Below, piece by piece: positions 1 to 13,000 of a stretch of 64,000 bases of DNA; position 1 is the first letter of the stretch; each line of letters starts with the position of its first letter. The translations under genes and the position numbers were made by a program. The notes beneath the pieces were generated by a model. That model saw only the letters and a program-made list of their open reading frames with translations. It was not told where the DNA came from and made no database searches. Origin of the DNA: Mantamonas sphyraenae STR306 (Eukaryota > Protista > CRuMs); assembly GCA_026936335.1 (NCBI GenBank), contig JAPMXV010000049.1:434001-498000 (forward strand), in the 5' to 3' direction.

Positions 1-224
1 CTACACCGTTCAACGACTGCAGGATGGAAAGGGGTGATCCGATCTGGCAGCTGGAAATGAACCTGCTCCTTCTTGTCCTTGTGTGTTGATGCAACCGTGT
101 GCATTGGAGCTGCCTGGGGAGCGCAATGGATCGAATGAGGAGAAGGAGACGAGCGGTCCTGCCACACGTCTCCTGGCAACGCAAGGCAGGACACGACAGG
201 AACAGGGACGATAGAGAGTCCCAT
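1..224 (-). CDS. Possible 5' end of a divergent gene running off the window (MGLSIVPVPVVSCLALPGDVW...)
   Basis: ATG at 224 (minus) opens a frame with no stop to position 1 and sits head-to-head with the gene at 250, like other divergent pairs here. No homology recognised. Confidence 0.25.
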   Translation of the reverse strand, partial: MGLSIVPVPVVSCLALPGDVWQDRSSPSPHSIHCAPQAAPMHTVASTHKDKKEQVHFQLPDRITPFHPAVVERC

Positions 225-249
225 GCCATGTCATATGTGCTCGTAGGCC

Positions 250-1125
250 ATGGACACAGACACAGACATCATGCGCCGGGCAAACCAGGCGGAAACAACG
301 TTGGAGATGTCCACCCACACCGTCCCTGTGCCCTCAGACACTGTGTGCATGGATCTGCAGATGGCTGCCAGCATGTTGGACGACGACGACGTATGGGTGG
401 ACACAGAGGGCAAGAAGGAGACCCTACAGGAGGCTGTGGAACGGTGGGAGCAACACGCAGACATCCCGCTCTCTGCACACACTCTGGTCAAACTGCGTGT
501 GTGTGTGCAAAGTGGAGTGTGTGTGCGTATGTGTTGGATGCCCCACACGGGTGCTGTGGCCCTGCAGACGGCCTCGGACTCCCCGTTGACCTCCGCACGC
601 GTGCGTGAGCTCCAACATGAGCTGGAACAGGAGTTGAAAGGCCTGGATGATGAAACAGACATGCCAGTGACCACTGCTGTGCAATGGGTGCTTGCACGGG
701 ACATTCAGGCGGAGGATATTAATACAGGTGATGATGACGACGTCTCCCTGGAATCCCCCTCCACCCCCGACCAACCACGCAGGATACGAGTGTGGCTCTT
801 TTCCCACCACATCTACTCCAACAAGAAGCGCACATCCATGGTCAAACTGGCTGCAAGCAACCTCTTGGGGGGTCTTCATCGCCACGGAAAACCAGGTCTC
901 ATTGTCCTCGAGGGAGTCGAGGACGACGTGCAGGCTGTGTTGGCAGTCATTCGCAGCTGGCCATGGCAGCATCTGAGTGAGAGGTGGCGACAGGAGGGAC
1001 TGCAAGACACGGATCTAGCCTTTCAGGGCCACTACGAGGAGGTGGACTTGCAGCTGGGCGATCTTCGTGCCCATCTGGCCTCCCTTGGCTTAGAAGAAGG
1101 GTTTGAACAAACATTTGGTCACTGA
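250..1125 (+). CDS. RWDD2: RWDD2-like protein (RWD-like N-terminal region + DUF1115 C-terminal domain)
   Basis: 291 aa ORF. The C-terminal motif RVWLFSHHIYSNKKR...GGLHRHGKPGLIVLEG...IRSWPWQHL matches the RWDD2A/B DUF1115 signature. Confidence 0.8.
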   Translation: MDTDTDIMRRANQAETTLEMSTHTVPVPSDTVCMDLQMAASMLDDDDVWVDTEGKKETLQEAVERWEQHADIPLSAHTLVKLRVCVQSGVCVRMCWMPHTGAVALQTASDSPLTSARVRELQHELEQELKGLDDETDMPVTTAVQWVLARDIQAEDINTGDDDDVSLESPSTPDQPRRIRVWLFSHHIYSNKKRTSMVKLAASNLLGGLHRHGKPGLIVLEGVEDDVQAVLAVIRSWPWQHLSERWRQEGLQDTDLAFQGHYEEVDLQLGDLRAHLASLGLEEGFEQTFGH

Positions 1126-1167
1126 ACGATGCCTCTTCTCCATTCCATTCCATTCGATCCTTTCACT

Positions 1168-3367
1168 TCAGAACCCGGCTTCGTCAAGCTTCTTGGGCAC
1201 CAACTCCTGCAGGGTGTCGAGGACACTGGGATCGGCAATGGTGGAGATGTCGCCCAACTTGTCGCCTTCCCTGTTGGCCAGCTTGCGCAGGATACGACGC
1301 ATGAGCTTGCCACTGCGTGTTTTGGGCAGGCCATGGACAATGAGGATGACGTCTGGTTTGCAGAAGCTGCCCAGGTTGGACTTGACCGAGTTGACCAGGG
1401 CTTTGACCAGACCCTCGCTCTCCTCCACACCCTCCTTCAGCACACAGTACGCAAAGAGGGCCTGGCCCTTGACCTCGTGCGGGATGCCCACCACGGCAGC
1501 CTCGGCAATGCCATCCACTGCAGCCAGGGCGTTTTCAATCTCACCCGAGCCCAGACGGTGGCCAGAGACGTTGAGGACATCGTCCACACGCCCTGTGATC
1601 CACAGGTAGCCATCGTTGTCACGCGTGGCCCCGTCGCCTGTGAAGTAGTAGCCTGGGTAGGGACGCATGTACACGTCCAGGTAGCGTTGGTGGTTGCCAT
1701 ACACCGTGCGAGCAAGCGAAGGCCAGGGTCGTGCCAGCACAAGGACACCCTTGCCTGGGCCTTGGATCTCCTCACCCGTTTGGCCATCCAACAGTTTGGG
1801 CTCCTGGCCAAAGAAGGGCAAGGTGGCAGAGCCCGCCTTGAGTGGGGTTGCTCCGGGCAGCGGGGTCAACACATGCCCTCCGGTCTCTGTCTGCCACCAC
1901 GTGTCGACGATGGAACACGTGCGGTTGCCCACCACGTTGTAGTACCATTCCCAGGCCGGCGGGTTGATGGGCTCGCCCACGGTGCCCAGCACACGCAGGG
2001 ACGACAGCGAGTGCTTCTTCACCGGCTCGTCGCCGTACTTCATCAGCGCACGGATGGCCGTCGGCGCCGTGTAGAAGGAGGTGATGTTGAGGCGTTCGAC
2101 CATGTCCCAGTACCGCGAGGCGTCGGGGTACGTGGGCACACTCTCAAACATCACCGTGGTGGCACGGTTGCCCAGCGGGCCGTACACGATGTACGAGTGG
2201 CCCGTGATCCAGCCGATGTCCGCCACACAGGCGTAGATGTCACCTGGTTTGTAGTCAAACACATACTTGTGCGTCAGCATGGTGTACAACAGGTAGCCCG
2301 CCTGCGTGTGCACCAGTCCCTTCGGGGTGCCTGTCGATCCGCTTGTGTACAACAGAAACAGTGTGTCTTCGCTGTCCAACCACTCGCAGGGACAGTACGG
2401 ACGCTGTTTGGCCATCTCCTCCAACAGGTTGTAGTCTCGCCCCTCCTCCATGGGCACCTGTGTCTCGGTGCGCTGCAACACAAACACACTCTCCACCGTG
2501 GGCGCATCCGCAAGTGCCTCGTCCACAATCTCCTTCAGTGCAATGCTCTTGGGTCCACGAAGGCCCTCGTTGGCCGTCACCAACACCTTGCACTTGGCGT
2601 CGTTCAGGCGGTCGGCCAACGCACGCGCACTGAATCCGGCAAACACCACACTGTGTGGTGCCCCCAGACGTGCACACGCAAGCATGGTGTACGCTGCCTC
2701 GGGCACCATCGGCATGTAGATGGCCACCGTGTCACCCTTGCCCACCCCTGCACTCTTCAGCACGTTCGCCACACGACACACTTCACGCTGCAGCTCCGCA
2801 TACGTGATCTCACGGTTGTCCCCTGCCTCATTGCCCTCCCACAGGATGGCCACTTGGTCCCCGTGCTCCTTTACGTGTCGGTCCACGCAGTTGTAACACA
2901 CGTTCAGCTTGCCGCCTGCAAACCAGGCCAGGTCTCCCTCCTCAAACGTCCTACCCAGGGTGTGTGTCAGTGACATCTACACCCCTCACCTTAACCCCCC
3001 CCCACTTCCCACGCCTCCTTTCCCACTTGCTTGCTTACCCCTGCTGTGTCTGATCAAAGTCCTGGAACCAGCTCAGCTCCTCACGTGCCACCTGCCGGAA
3101 AACGCCGGAAGAAAAATTCGTGCTTAAAACGTCAGCCCCTCTCTCCTCCCTTTTCTTACGTCTGCTCTCTGTGTGCCTCGTTGTGATCACACAGTGCACA
3201 GAGACGTATTGGTCACTGGAACTCACCGTGGCCCACCACTCTGTGTCCATGCTCTCTGCATACTTGCTTTCGTACGCCTCCATTCCTGACACGTGCGCCG
3301 TGTCCTTGATCCGTTCCACCACGTCGTACGTGGCGGCTGAATTCACGTCAAAATCGTTTGTGCTCAT
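1168..3367 (-). CDS. acs: Acetyl-CoA synthetase (AMP-forming); exons 3367-3227, 3091-3039, 2950-1168
   Basis: Motifs LYTSGSTGTPKG, ADIGWITGHSY, VDTWWQTETGG, YFTGDG and LPKTRSGKLMRR. Two GT-AG introns (GTGAGT...CAG and GTAAGC...TAG) join the exons in phase. Confidence 0.96.
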
Positions 3368-3492
3368 TGGGTCTCTCGTCTACGTTTGGTGTGTGCCTCT
3401 CGTGTTCTTGACGAAAACCAGCGACAAAGGGGTGCCTTCTCGTGCGCGCAGTGGCCGTCACCCAAAACACACCCACAACCACCCCCACACAA

Positions 3493-4091
3493 ATGTCCTA
3501 CGCTCAGCCTTCCCGTGAACAGATCATCGCCGAGGTGCGCGCTCGCGCCCAGCAGGCACAGTGGCAGGAGCTCAGCAGCCGCATGGGCGAGGCCTGCTTC
3601 GAGGCTTGCATTTCCAAACCCTCGTGAGTGTACCTGATTGCCCCACATCCCGGTGCCCCTTTTTTGTGTGTGTCGGTATGGCATTTTCCACACCGTTGTG
3701 GCTTCCTGTTTCCACCTGCGGACCCAACATGCTCTCTGTGACCACGTTGCCCCGCAAGCCGACGGACTTCGCTCGAATTTCCATGCCCCGTCCGTCCGAC
3801 GCCGGTCTGCCAACCTGCACCCTTGCCACCCAAAGCCCCACCCACCCGCGTCCTTCAAACAGCGCTTCAGAGTGTCGTCTCTGTCCCTACACTCCCGCCC
3901 ATGCCATGTCTTGTCCCTTCACAGGCCCCCGTACACATGCATCGAAACTCACCCTCCTCCCCCCGTCCTTCCTTCCCAACAGTTCCTCCCTCAGCAACTC
4001 GGAGAAGCAGTGCCTGGCCAAGTGCATGGATCGCTACCGCGACGCCTTCCGCGTGGTGTCCCAGAGCCTTGCCCAGCGCGCTGAACAGTAA
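3493..4091 (+). CDS. TIM13: Small Tim chaperone Tim13; exons 3493-3623, 3983-4091
   Basis: The spliced product has a twin CX3C motif (CFEAC...CLAKC) and KPSSSLSNSEKQCLAKCMDRY, typical of Tim13. Intron GTGAGT...CAG, phase 2. Confidence 0.9.
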
Positions 4092-4108
4092 ATCTATTGC
4101 CTTGATTT

Positions 4109-7015
4109 TCAAAACACAAACGCCTCTCCACTTCCACTGCTCTCCTCGCCTCCTTCTTCCTCGTCTTCATCTTCCCCGTCCTCGTCATCGTCCACTGCAA
4201 GGTCATCCACCACAAAGGGGGACACAGGCACCGCTGGCGAGTCGTTTGCTTGCAACATCAGCTTCTCCCTCATCCCCTGTACAAATGCAGGTGTGCGGAT
4301 GGGCGTCAAACGCTCCACAGAACGTGGTTTCTCACGTGTGCTGGCTGGTGGTGTGCGTGGCGCAAGCTGTTCCGCCGCAGACATCCGCGAGGTGTTGCCC
4401 ACGCCCAATTCGCTGTGTCCCGTGCGATTCAGCGCACTCTGAAGCAGTTGCGAACGCACATCCGCCCCGGTTCTTCCTCCTCCACCACCACCTCCTCCAC
4501 TGCCTGCCATGGGGCTCATCCCATGCACACTTGTGGGAGTGCTTGCTGCGCTGCCGCCTGCCCCTCCCCTTCCACCGCCACTGCCCGTCGTCATCATGCT
4601 CAGATTCACCTGTGTACGCACCATATTCAACGTCTTCTCCTTCACATCCAACTCCATGCGCATCTCCCGCACCTTGTTCCTCTCCCGTTGCATCTCCCTC
4701 TTCTCCCCTGCCAGTTTCCGCGCACGTGCATCCAGTTCCCGCTCCCGTTCCGCCGCCCAATCGCTCAGTTCCCTCAGATTTGCCTCCCTTGCGTCCAGTT
4801 CCTGCATGCGAGTCACAAAGCTTGCTTCCTGTCTCTCCACACGTTCTCTGGTGCGTGTGAATGCACGTTCCTGTGCCTCCACCTCTTCCGCACGCCTCTC
4901 CAACGCCCTCTCTCTCCTCTTCACATCGTCCTCCTTCTCCCATGCCTTGCGTTCCCTCAATCCAATCATCTGCTCCAGTTCCAGCGTCTTTGCCTCTCGC
5001 TCCACGCTGCGCCGCTCGATGGCTTCCGCCTCCCGCAGCCGTGCATCCACCTCTCCCCGCGTCTGTTCCAACAACACCTCCTGCTCATGTACAGTGGCCT
5101 CCCTTGCAGCCATGCGTTCCGCCATCTGCGCCAGATACGTCTCCTTGCGCTTCAAGGCCGGTTCCAACCCTGCCAGGTGCAACTCCCTCTCCCGCAATCC
5201 CTTTTCGTGTGCCTCCCGTTCCAGCAGCGCCTGCTCCAGTGCCACCAGCTGCTGTTCCTTGTGGTTGACCCTCTTTTCACGCTCCACAAGGTCCACCTCC
5301 TTGTCCTGCAGCTCCTGCATCCGCGTGCTGACCATTTTCAGCTTCCGCTCACCGGCCACTGCCTTTTGTGTGCGTTTGCCCAGCTTGTGGTTCTCCACGT
5401 CCAATTGCAATGCCTTTTGCTTCAGTGCCGCCTCCCGTATTTCCAGTTCCATGGTGCGCAGCGCCACCGTCTTTTCCCTCTCCTTGATCTCCCGTGCCTG
5501 TGCATGCAACACCTCCTTCTGCTTGGCACTCACCTCCACACTCTGTTTCTTCTGTGTCCGCAGATGCTCCAATTCCCTGTGGATGGACCGTTTGTGTGCC
5601 CCCAGCGACGGTTCCCCAAGCACACTCGTGTTGCCCAGCACGCTCTCGTACGCCAGTTCGTTGATTTCGCTTCCGGTGAAACTGATCACACCGTCGCTAC
5701 CCCTCCTGCCCCTGCTTCCCATGTCACTGTCGCTGTCTCCGTCTCCCAAGTCGATGTCGTGTCGTACCTTGAGCGCACGCAGTGTCGGCAGCTCCAGCTT
5801 TCCTCCTCCCCGGCCCCCGTCCTCAGCCCCGCTGCTGCTCCCATCCTCCTCCTCATCCTCGTCCTCGTCCACATCCAACCACTTGTGGGCATGGGACATC
5901 CACGCAGAGCCCTTTGGCTGCTCCTTGAAGAATCGTGCTTTCCGTGCCTTGAGCGACGACGACCCGCGTGTCATGTCTCTCCTTCCTCCTCCTCCGCCCC
6001 GCTGCTGCGACCTCCTCCCTTCCGGTGTGCTCTCCTCTGCACTCAGATCCGACAGTTGGATCGGCGAGTCCAAAGGCGGCCGTCTCATCGATTGACCCAT
6101 CATCACACTTCCCAGTGTCATGGGCCGTCGTGTGCTCCCTTGCGCCGCCGACCGTTGTCCTGCCGCCCCCACCACCCGGCCACCGCCCTCCTCCTCCTCC
6201 TCATCCGACAGCTCTTCCCACTCATCGTCGTCTTCCGAAAGACTGTCGTCCATGCGTGCGCCCACCCCTGCTGCGTTGCGTCGTGCATTGGCGGCCATGA
6301 AGCGTTGTTTGAGCAGGCCAAAAGATTGCACCTTGGACGAAGCCGACTGCAGACGCTTCGTCCGGCTCGACTCTTGCCCTCTCCTCCTGCTGCTGCTGCT
6401 GCTGCTGTTGTGCCTGCTGCTGCTACCCATTGGCCTTGCCCTTCTGCTACTGCTGCCTGCCTGTGTCCCATCCTCCTCCTCCTCCTCACTGCTTTCCTCC
6501 TCTTCTTCGCTGTCCATCAGCTGAAGCCGCTGCTCCGTTGACAAGCGACGTCCTTGACTGCCCTTCCCGCTCCCGCTGCTTCTCCTCCCGTCCCCCCGTC
6601 CTCCCCATCCCTCCCTCTCCCCTTCTTCCTCCTCGTCCGAGTCTGACAGCTCAAACCGAGCATGCATGCGTGTGCCATGGGCCTCCTTGCCACCACTCCC
6701 ACCTGCGTCCTCCTCCCCTTCGTCCCACTCTGTCTCTCCAGTGCGACCTTCCCCTTTGTCATCCTCCCCCTCCTCCTCCTCCCCCTCCTCCTCACTCTCC
6801 TCTCCCTCTCCGTGCCACTGTCCTCGTTGCGTCGCTTGGTGGTGTGGTGGTCGTGCTGGTCCTGCTCCGTGCTCTGCCATCGCTGCGTTCAGCAGCAACA
6901 CGTCGTCGTCCTCTTCCTCCTCATCCTCATCGGACGATCCCCTGGCTGTTTTGAGCTGTGATCGACGTAGACCCAACGCCTTGTCCTTGTCCACAAACAC
7001 AGACACCCGTTCCAT
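4109..7015 (-). CDS. Hypothetical low-complexity acidic / long coiled-coil protein (968 aa)
   Basis: Long ORF with an acidic, Ser/Gly-rich N-half and about 330 aa of E/R/K-rich heptads. No family recognised. Confidence 0.75.
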   Translation of the reverse strand: MERVSVFVDKDKALGLRRSQLKTARGSSDEDEEEEDDDVLLLNAAMAEHGAGPARPPHHQATQRGQWHGEGEESEEEGEEEEGEDDKGEGRTGETEWDEGEEDAGGSGGKEAHGTRMHARFELSDSDEEEEGEREGWGGRGDGRRSSGSGKGSQGRRLSTEQRLQLMDSEEEEESSEEEEEDGTQAGSSSRRARPMGSSSRHNSSSSSSRRRGQESSRTKRLQSASSKVQSFGLLKQRFMAANARRNAAGVGARMDDSLSEDDDEWEELSDEEEEEGGGRVVGAAGQRSAAQGSTRRPMTLGSVMMGQSMRRPPLDSPIQLSDLSAEESTPEGRRSQQRGGGGGRRDMTRGSSSLKARKARFFKEQPKGSAWMSHAHKWLDVDEDEDEEEDGSSSGAEDGGRGGGKLELPTLRALKVRHDIDLGDGDSDSDMGSRGRRGSDGVISFTGSEINELAYESVLGNTSVLGEPSLGAHKRSIHRELEHLRTQKKQSVEVSAKQKEVLHAQAREIKEREKTVALRTMELEIREAALKQKALQLDVENHKLGKRTQKAVAGERKLKMVSTRMQELQDKEVDLVEREKRVNHKEQQLVALEQALLEREAHEKGLRERELHLAGLEPALKRKETYLAQMAERMAAREATVHEQEVLLEQTRGEVDARLREAEAIERRSVEREAKTLELEQMIGLRERKAWEKEDDVKRRERALERRAEEVEAQERAFTRTRERVERQEASFVTRMQELDAREANLRELSDWAAERERELDARARKLAGEKREMQRERNKVREMRMELDVKEKTLNMVRTQVNLSMMTTGSGGGRGGAGGSAASTPTSVHGMSPMAGSGGGGGGGGRTGADVRSQLLQSALNRTGHSELGVGNTSRMSAAEQLAPRTPPASTREKPRSVERLTPIRTPAFVQGMREKLMLQANDSPAVPVSPFVVDDLAVDDDEDGEDEDEEEGGEESSGSGEAFVF

Positions 7016-7066
7016 CCCAGTGAGGCGCTACTTTGCCCCAACGCCCGCAACGAAAAGCTTCGCTAA

Positions 7067-7152
7067 GTGAGTTCGCCGCACATACACACCTTTCCCCCCC
7101 CCCCAGCCTTGGCTCACACGTTACTTACCTTCCCCAATCTTCCTCCGTCTAG
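7067..7152 (+). other. Probable 5'-UTR intron of the choline transporter-like gene
   Basis: GTGAGT donor at 7067 and a pyrimidine-rich ...CCGTCTAG acceptor ending 2 nt before the ATG at 7155. Confidence 0.5.
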
Positions 7153-7154
7153 CC

Positions 7155-9884
7155 ATGGGAATCGGACCTTCCGCAGAGGAGCGCGAACAGAACAACGAGG
7201 AGAAGCGTCGCCAGTACGCAAAGGACCTCGACCCGCATCCCGCCAGTGGCGACCGTTCCATGCAGGACATCATTTGCCTCATCCTGTTTGTTGGTACGTC
7301 CACTTTCCATGTTTGCCTGCCATCCACCCATGATTTGTCCACCCTCGTTCCCCTTGCGTGTGCTTGTGCCTCCAACACGAATTTCTCAGAGAGCGCGCGC
7401 TTCGCATGCCTCCTCCTCCTCCCACGTCGCCCCGCAACGTCATGTGCATCGCCGTCTGTCCCGCCGCACCTGTCTCCCCCGTCGTCCGTTGTCCCATGGC
7501 ATCTCCAACACACTGCTTGCATGTGTGCCACACCCTGTCTGTCCAACAACGTGGCTCCCAGCAACCGCTTTTTGGCCCCCTCCCCGCCCTTTTTCCTTAC
7601 ACTCACATTTTCCCCCGCCCCCGCAGTCTTCTGGATTGGCATGCTGGTGGTCGGTGTGGTAGCCTTGACAGTCGGTGAACCTGCTCGGTATGTGTCTCGT
7701 CCATCCCTCCCCCTATCGTAACCACCTGCGTCATCCCTCCCTCTCTTCTCCCGGAGCACCGTTTTCAGTTCGCCCCTCGTCAAATCCCGGAGCCCGTCTC
7801 GCCCCGCGTTCCCCTCCCCCGTTTCTGCGCCCTGCACACACGTGTTCCTACGTGCCACCGCAATGGCCATCCCTGCGCCTCTGCTGTGCCCCGTTACACC
7901 CACCTGTGTGCTCTGCCTATGATGCACACGCACACGTGTGCCTTGTGGCCCCTTGCACGTCAAACGCGCATACGCAAAGCGCTTTTGCTTTTTCCCGCAA
8001 ACTCGCTCCGTGTGTCGATCGCACTCGCTGACCCGCACGGTTGACTCGCACAGATTGGTGCTGCCGTCGGACGAAACGGGCCAGACGTGTGGTCTGGACA
8101 ACACGCGCTGGATCACCAAGGAGCAAGGTGGTCTGGACCTGACCAAGAAGGAGTACCTCTACCTGCCCAACACCGCCGACCTCAAGCGTCAGCAGTGTGT
8201 GGCTGCCTGTCCGACCACGGGCAGCATTGTGGAGAATGCTGCGCCCCTCCTCAACTCTGGAGGTGATCCCATCTGTGGCCTGGACAAGGTGATTTGCTAC
8301 AACGGTTTCAACGCCTCCATCGGCAACTACGTGGGCCTGGACTTTAAGAACTTCCCCGCCGTCTCTGTGGGCCGCAAGTGCTTCTGCCCCTACAAGACCA
8401 AGAGCTACCTCTTCCGCTGCGTGCCCGTCGTTGGCAACAACACCTCCGACGCGGAAGCCAAGAAGGTCGACAAGGCGGCCACCAACACCGATCTCGTGTA
8501 CACCGTGTTCAGCGACGTCGCACGTGGCTGGTGGGCCATCCTCATTGCCGCCCTCGTCACGGGTCTCCTGTGCTTCGCCTACATGTGGGTCCTGCGCAAG
8601 ATCTGCCGTGTCGTCGCCTGGGGCACCATCATCGGCGTCATCGTCATGCTTGCTGCCCTCACCATCTTTTGCTTCACCACCTCGTCTTCTCTCAAGGCCA
8701 AGGCCGACGATACCAACGACGATGGTGTGGCTCAGAACGCCCTTGCCTACGAGGTGCTTTCCTACATCTTTGCCGGCATCACTCTCATTGCCATCCTGGT
8801 CATCATCTGGATGCGCAGCCGCATCGAGATTGCCATCGAGCTCATTGAAGAGGCCACCATCTGCATGCAGATGTGCCCTGAGCTCATCTTCCTGCCCGTG
8901 CTCCTCTTTGCCGTCTACCTGGTCTTCCTGGCCTACTGGGTGACCATCTCTCTCTTCCTGGCTTCCTCCAAGATGTACAACCCGGCCACGGGCGACTTTG
9001 AGTTTGCCAGCCAAGTCAACGACATGATCTACTTCCATCTCTTTGGCTTCTACTGGACCACCAACTTCATCACCGCCGTCGCCTACATCACCGTCGCCGG
9101 CACCGCCGCAGCCTGGTACTTCACCCCGTACACCGACGAGGCCAAGCGCGAGGAGAAGGCTGGACTCGAGGAGGGCCAGACCTGGAAGGCTCTTGAGCGC
9201 ACCTGCAAGTACAGCCTGGGCTCCGCCGCCTTTGGCTCCCTCATTCTCTCCATCGTCCAGTTTGTCAGGAAGATGATTGAGATTGCCCAGAAGCGTCTGG
9301 AGGAGGCTGGTGGTGACAACATCGCTACCCGTGCCATTCTGTGCCTGTGCAACTCGTTCTTTGCCTGCCTGGAGCGTGTCATCAAGTTCATCAACCGCAA
9401 CGCCTACATCATGGTGGCCATTGAGGGCAAGAGCTTCTGCGTGTCTGCCTACAACGCCTTCAAGATTGTGCTGCTCAACCTGGCCCAGGTGACCGCCGTT
9501 GACGTCATTGGCGACTTTATGCTCTTCCTGGGCAAGCTGATGATCACCATCGGCGTCTCGCTCATCTCGGGCATTGTGCTCAGCAGCGACGAGAACATGC
9601 GCTTCTGGGTCATCCCCTGGCTCATCTGCACTCTGTTGGCCTACGGCATCTCGTCCATGTTTATGGCCATTGTCGAACTGTGCATCGACACCATCCTGCT
9701 CTCCTACATCATCGACCGCGAGAACCACGAGGACAACCTCGACGAGGCCTACATGTCCACCGATCTCAAGGAGAAGCTGGAGAAGTTCAAGGAGCAGCAC
9801 GAGGAGAAGATGGCCGAGAAGGCCAGGAAGCGTGAGGAGAAGAAGGCTGCCAAGGCTGCTGCCGCTGGTGGAGGCGACGCCTAA
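7155..9884 (+). CDS. Choline transporter-like protein (CTL/SLC44 family); exons 7155-7293, 7627-7687, 8054-9884
   Basis: N-terminal RSMQDIICLILF, CVAACP, KYSLGSAAFGSLI, FINRNAYIMVAIEGKSFC and CIDTILL motifs, with about 10 TM segments. Two in-phase GT-AG introns. Confidence 0.92.
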
Positions 9885-9930
9885 GTGTGTCGTCGTCCGC
9901 CCACAATGGATTCTCTCTTCCAGAACGACC

Positions 9931-9977
<47 letters not shown>
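9931..9977. repeat. (TCA)n trinucleotide microsatellite between convergent genes
   Basis: About 15 perfect TCA units seen directly in the sequence. Confidence 0.9.
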
Positions 9978-10036
9978 TTGCGCAATCAATCACCAACAAG
10001 CGTCGTCGTTGCAATTTCCATCCATTCCCGTCTCGT

Positions 10037-13000
10037 TCACGCCGCCGCAATCTCTTCTTCCTCCTCCTCATTGTTGCTGTTGTTGCTGTTGTTGCTGTTG
10101 TTGTTGCTAGCGGCCGCAGGTGACGACACAGCAGGCATTTGGGGCATGGGCTTGTCTGTGGCGCGTGCAGGCTGCTCCTGCTCCTGCTCCTTGGCACCGC
10201 CCTGGACGGCGAGCTCGATGTGCTCGTCGTCGTCCGTGGCCGGCTTGACCTTGTTGCGCATCTTCTTGAACATGCCGTTGGCCAGCAGGGTCCAAAACAT
10301 GAGCACAATGGTCATGACAATGACCAGGGTGTTGAGGAAGATCAAAAAGGCGCCGAGGAGCACCTTGTCGTAGCCCTCGTCTTCGGTGACGCCTGCCTTG
10401 ATCAGCAGACCGGCAAACAGACACAGGAACAGCTGGGTGAGGGCACCAAACTGCAGGTTGTCCTCGGTGTCGCCCACAAACGGTTGCAGGTACACGTGGA
10501 CCAGCAGGGCCACGAAACAGATAAACATGCCCACGGCCACCTGCGAGGTGGAGCCCGGCGCCACAAAGATCAGCACCGAGGTGAGCACCAGCTTGCGCAG
10601 CAGCTCCGTCAGCTCGTAGTACCATGCCTTGGGTTCGTAGCCGGCGTACAGGAAGCCGAAACGGGCCTCAAAGGCCGGGTCGCGCAGGTTGTCCCTGTTG
10701 CGGTAGAGGATGAAAAAGAAGATGACCGGGATGCCGATGGGGTAGACCAGGGTCATGAGCCCGGCGTAGGCGGCCATGGTGGCGTACTCGGGGTCGTCGC
10801 AGGACAGGCTGTAGTCGGCCACCAGGTAGTTGGTGCCGTCCACGTTCTGGCAGCGGAATGTCTTGACAATGGTCGAGGACACACCGGGGTACACCAGGAA
10901 GAGCAGGAACAGACCGCCCTTCACAAACTTGTCCGTAAACTTGCGCAAGACGTTGTTGCGTGCCTCGTCGTCCAGCTCCTCGTTGCGGTTCACCTTGTTG
11001 CGCAGGGCCACACGCATGATCAGGTACACCAGACCGCCAATGACACCCAACACAATGGGTGCCAGCGACACCGCAATCATGTTGCCGTAGTAGTTCTGCT
11101 GCACCGCACAGTCGATGCTAAAGATTTCCAGGATCTGAAAGTTGAAGCTGCTGAAGTAGCCGTAGAACTCGCTCAGGGCGGACGGCCACTCAATGTCCAT
11201 GCTCGTGTTGAACGAACTCAGGATCTGCCCAAACGACACCACAATCTTCAGCTTCGTCATCACCTTGGCGTGCTTGAGAAACTCCTGCACCGCCGCACCG
11301 AAGCTCTTGCCGGCCTTCTTGCCCGCGTCGCCTGCGCCGCTGCCGCCGCCTTGCTTCTTTGTGTCTCCATCCTCCTTGCCAGCCGCCATGTCGCCCTGAG
11401 CCTGGTCCAGGGCGTTGTCGTCCGCGTTCTTGAAGCTCTGGTACAGCGAGTAGATGGCAATGGCCAGGGTCAGGATGAGCAGGAGCACACCCACGACGGT
11501 GGTAAAGACGGAGCCCGACGAGGCACAGCGCACACACCCGGAGGAGGACTTGTGGTAGCCCGGCTTGCACAGGGCACACAGCTGGCCCTCGTAGCCCTCC
11601 AGGCAGGTGGAGTTGCTGCCACGCAGGCAACTCTCCGGGAAGGGACACTGGTAGAACTGCTTGGGCACCTGACCGGCGGCCGTGTTGGCGTGCCACCAGC
11701 CCTGCAGGGGTCCGTTGTACGTGCCTGCGGAGCAGTTGGCGCCACGCGGGCAGGGCAGACAGGCAGGCAGACCCGGTGTGGAGTATGTGTTTTCAGGACA
11801 CACGCTGCACTCGGCCTGGGCCGTGGCAGACTGAAAGGTGCCTGCGGCACACAGTGTGCAGTTGCTGGCACCGGCGGGTGCAAACTTGCCTGCGGGACAG
11901 GTGGCACACACGGAATTGCCCACGCCTTCCGCCGCCGTGCCCGGTCCGCATGGCTGGCATTGCTGCGCACCCGTGCTGGTGCCAAACGTGCCCGGTGCAC
12001 ACGGCACACAGGCAGACAGTCCCAGGCGGTCGGAGAACGTGCCTGCGGGGCAGGCGGTGCACGCGCTGGCGCCCGGCGCTTCGCTCACACTTCCGGCCGC
12101 ACACGGCGTGCACTCGGTGCTGCCCACCGTCGATTGGAAACGACCGGGCGGGCACGGGTCACACGTGCTCACGTTGGCCTGCGAGTTGCGCACGGAAAAG
12201 GTGCCGGTGGGGCACGAGTCGCAGGTGAGCGACGGCGTCGGGGTAATGGCCCCCGAACGGTACGTGCCCGTGCCACAGCACGTGCATGCACCCAGTGTGG
12301 AGCCACTCACCATGCCAGCCTGGCATTCAAACAGCTGCACTGCGTCCAGGCCCTCGCCCATGGACGACAGCGTGCGGCCTGCGTTCACGGTGGAACCCGT
12401 GCCGCGACGGCCAAACTTGCCCACACCAAAGCACACCAGGCGACCGCTGCACATGGCACACGGTCCCAACCCAGCCCAAAGGGCGGTGGTGCGACATCCA
12501 TAGCCCAGGCGGACCGAGGGGGTGGGCGATTTGGACGCCGACGTGGACAGGTACACCTCGCCTTGGGAGAAGGCACCGTCGCCCGTGCTGCCCGTGCCCA
12601 GTTGGCCATCCGAGTTGGAGGGACCCACACACAGCAGTTCCGGCGTGTTCTTGAACGCCATGCACAGGTGCTCCTGTCCGTTGAAGTTGCCCATGCTGAG
12701 CTTGGTGCACTCACGCGTGGGGGTAATGGGCAGTTGCAACACAGGCGGCGAGTTGCCACCCGTGTTGCCGTAGGTGGTTTGGAACACCGATTCCGAGCCC
12801 AGCTGGCTCGTTTCGCCCCAGCACACCACGTTGGTGCGGTTGTCCTTGGCGTGGCTCGCCTGCACGCGCACACACACGACGCTGGCACCACACGCCAACT
12901 CCTGCACCGTATACGTGGTGTAATTCAGCTTGAGGATGCGCGCAGCACTGCCGCCTCCGCCTCCGCCCTGCAGCAGCAGGGTGCCCGACGAGCCCCAGCC

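Noticed and set aside
1129-2973. Long antisense or alternative-frame ORFs (for example 1129-2973, 7917-9989, 10139-14245, 33433-35955, 57844-59850)
   Set aside because: These are shadow ORFs caused by high GC3 codon bias on the opposite strand of recognisable genes. They carry no motifs.
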